A DNA stretch of 64,000 nucleotides, from positions 28,520,001-28,584,000 of the forward strand of contig CM114271.1 of NCBI GenBank assembly GCA_050084515.1, written 5' to 3'. The stretch comes from Blasia pusilla. Lineage: Eukaryota. The translations under genes were made by a program, and so were the position numbers. Each line of letters starts with the position of its first letter. The first letter of the stretch is position 1. Positions 62,401-64,000 of the stretch are shown here, piece after piece. The notes below the pieces were generated by a model. The model worked only from the letters and a program-made list of their open reading frames with translations. It did no database searches and had not been told where the DNA came from.

Positions 62401-64000
62401 GGGTAGGGTTCTAGGACATGATCTGACTCTGTCTCCGTTAAGCTTCCACTCTCGGGTCTTCACAATCTTTTTTCTCCAATCTACCTCTGGATTATACTGT
62501 TCCATCCAAGGCATTCCTAAGATAACATCATAACGTGCTAACCTAATGACCTTCATCTCCAACTCTTCCAGATATTTTCCTATCCTCAACTCTACCTTTT
62601 GAGGAAGCTTCTCAATCTTTTCTGTTTGCCCGTTTGGTAATTCTACCTCTTCTTTTTGATCCCTCTCTAAAGCTAAGCCCAATTTCATAGTTATGGCTCT
62701 TGAAAGGAAGTTTTCTGTTGCCCCAGGATCAATCAACACTCTAACTTGGGATCCTTCTACTTCCCCGTCTATAACAATAAGACGTGTTTCTCCTCTCTTC
62801 AAACCATTTACCTCCACATGTTTGTGTCGACCCTCGCCTTTCCTCCTTTTGTTAGAATCCAGATATATCGCGAGGCGCGACATCGTGGTTGGCGTTTCCC
62901 TGAGGTCCGCCTTCTTCGTCATCTTCCTGCATATGCCCTCCTTCAAGATGATTAAGGGGGCGACGATGTGGCCTATTTCCGAGCCTACGAAGACGAAAAT
63001 TCATGGCTATATGACCATATCTACCACACTCAAAACATTGGCGTGTATCTCTTTGGACTTCGAATTCTCTCCCTCCTCTAGGAACCCCGACCCCGTCGGT
63101 TCGAGGAGCAATCCCTTGTATGTTGGGGTTCCGATCTCTCTCCATTGGCACCCTTCCATTATACCTTCGCGGCGCATAACCATCTCGTGCTCGAATGTTA
63201 TCCAACTCCATGGGTGTGGGTCCGTAGTGGTTATCCATGGAAGCAACCACCTCTCCTCCTCCTTCGTACACATTTGCCATACGTTGGGCACATGCGATTG
63301 CTTCATTGATATCTTTTGGGTTGTCTGAATCACCTCTTGACGCACCTTCTTCTTCAAACCTCTCCTAAAGAGATCGAGAGCTTATGGCCCACTCATGTCG
63401 TGGATTTGTATCTGCAAGTCACAAAACTCTTTGATGTAATCCTCCACATTTCCTTTCTGCTCCAATCATCATAATTTCATTCTAGCAGTGAGGATTGGAT
63501 CCACAGCTTGGAAATTTTGCAGCAGCCCTTGCTTCATTCCGCTCCATGTAATTTGTTGAGTTGTTTCAATCAAGGATCTCTCCCATTCTTGATACCATGT
63601 CAATGCTCGATCGATCAACCAAGATCTTACGAACATCCCTGCAATATGATCATCAATGTTGAAAAGGGATAAATGGATTTCCATCCGAGTGATCCAACCC
63701 TCTCATACCCCCATGGCTCGACTTCCTTTGTACGGTTCTACCTTACATGCATTTGTCATTTTCAATATCAATGATGCTTGAGCATTCATCTCCATCACTC
63801 TTTGTGCTGCTTGGGCCTCCAATGCTCGTGCCCTTAAGGTTTCGTCACTCTCCCCAGAAGTCACGATACTCGTGATTTCCGACTCCATCCCACCTATCGG
63901 AAAAACTCTCTCTCTCTCTACTCTCATATTTCTGACCGAAGCAACTTCTTCCGCTAATTCTTGGACTTAGTTTTGACTTTGATCAAATGCAACTCTCAAC
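59421..64000 (-). mobile_element. Ty3/gypsy element (chromovirus/Tf2-like RT), disrupted; runs off the window; 3' boundary approximate
   Basis: gag (ALTWYQ, CFECGRYGHIA), protease [40 protein letters not shown] / FLDD, RNase H IDAS / ADALTR, INT GHMG / DRGTHF / HPQTNGQTER. Confidence 0.93.

Overview
Eukaryotic, transposon-dense window with spliceosomal GT-AG introns. It is probably from a non-seed land plant (inference from the p24beta2-like gene and the TE types). Only two intact host genes are present, both on the minus strand: a 4-exon p24beta2-like gene (30226-31909) and a 7-exon ARMH3/C10orf76-like gene (54657-59083). The rest is a truncated Helitron, LINE fragments, nested Ty1/copia elements and solo LTRs, and Ty3/gypsy elements. 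Main discovery: an 11,458-bp Mutator-like element (7532-18989), bounded by a perfect 9-bp TSD (GTAGAAGTC), has inserted into the transposase gene of a second copy of its own family. It carries two divergent spliced genes. One is a GCM-like Zn finger/MULE-DDE/SWIM transposase. The other is predicted to encode a ParB/Sulfiredoxin-like domain (IWDGNHR) joined to a beta-class N4C/N6A amino-methyltransferase-like domain. Its introns and intergenic DNA hold dozens of copies of a 27-bp CpG-rich palindrome (GCAACCCGTCGGA-N-TCCGACGGGTTGC). This suggests a cis-site plus trans-factor system, comparable to parS/ParB or VANDAL/VANC. Separately, a Ty3/gypsy element (32197-37464) encodes a C5-cytosine methyltransferase (motifs I, IV, VI, VIII, IX, X) upstream of RT and a PHD finger after integrase. 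All TE reading frames are disrupted. Domain calls come from motif recognition by eye and need HMM or structure confirmation.
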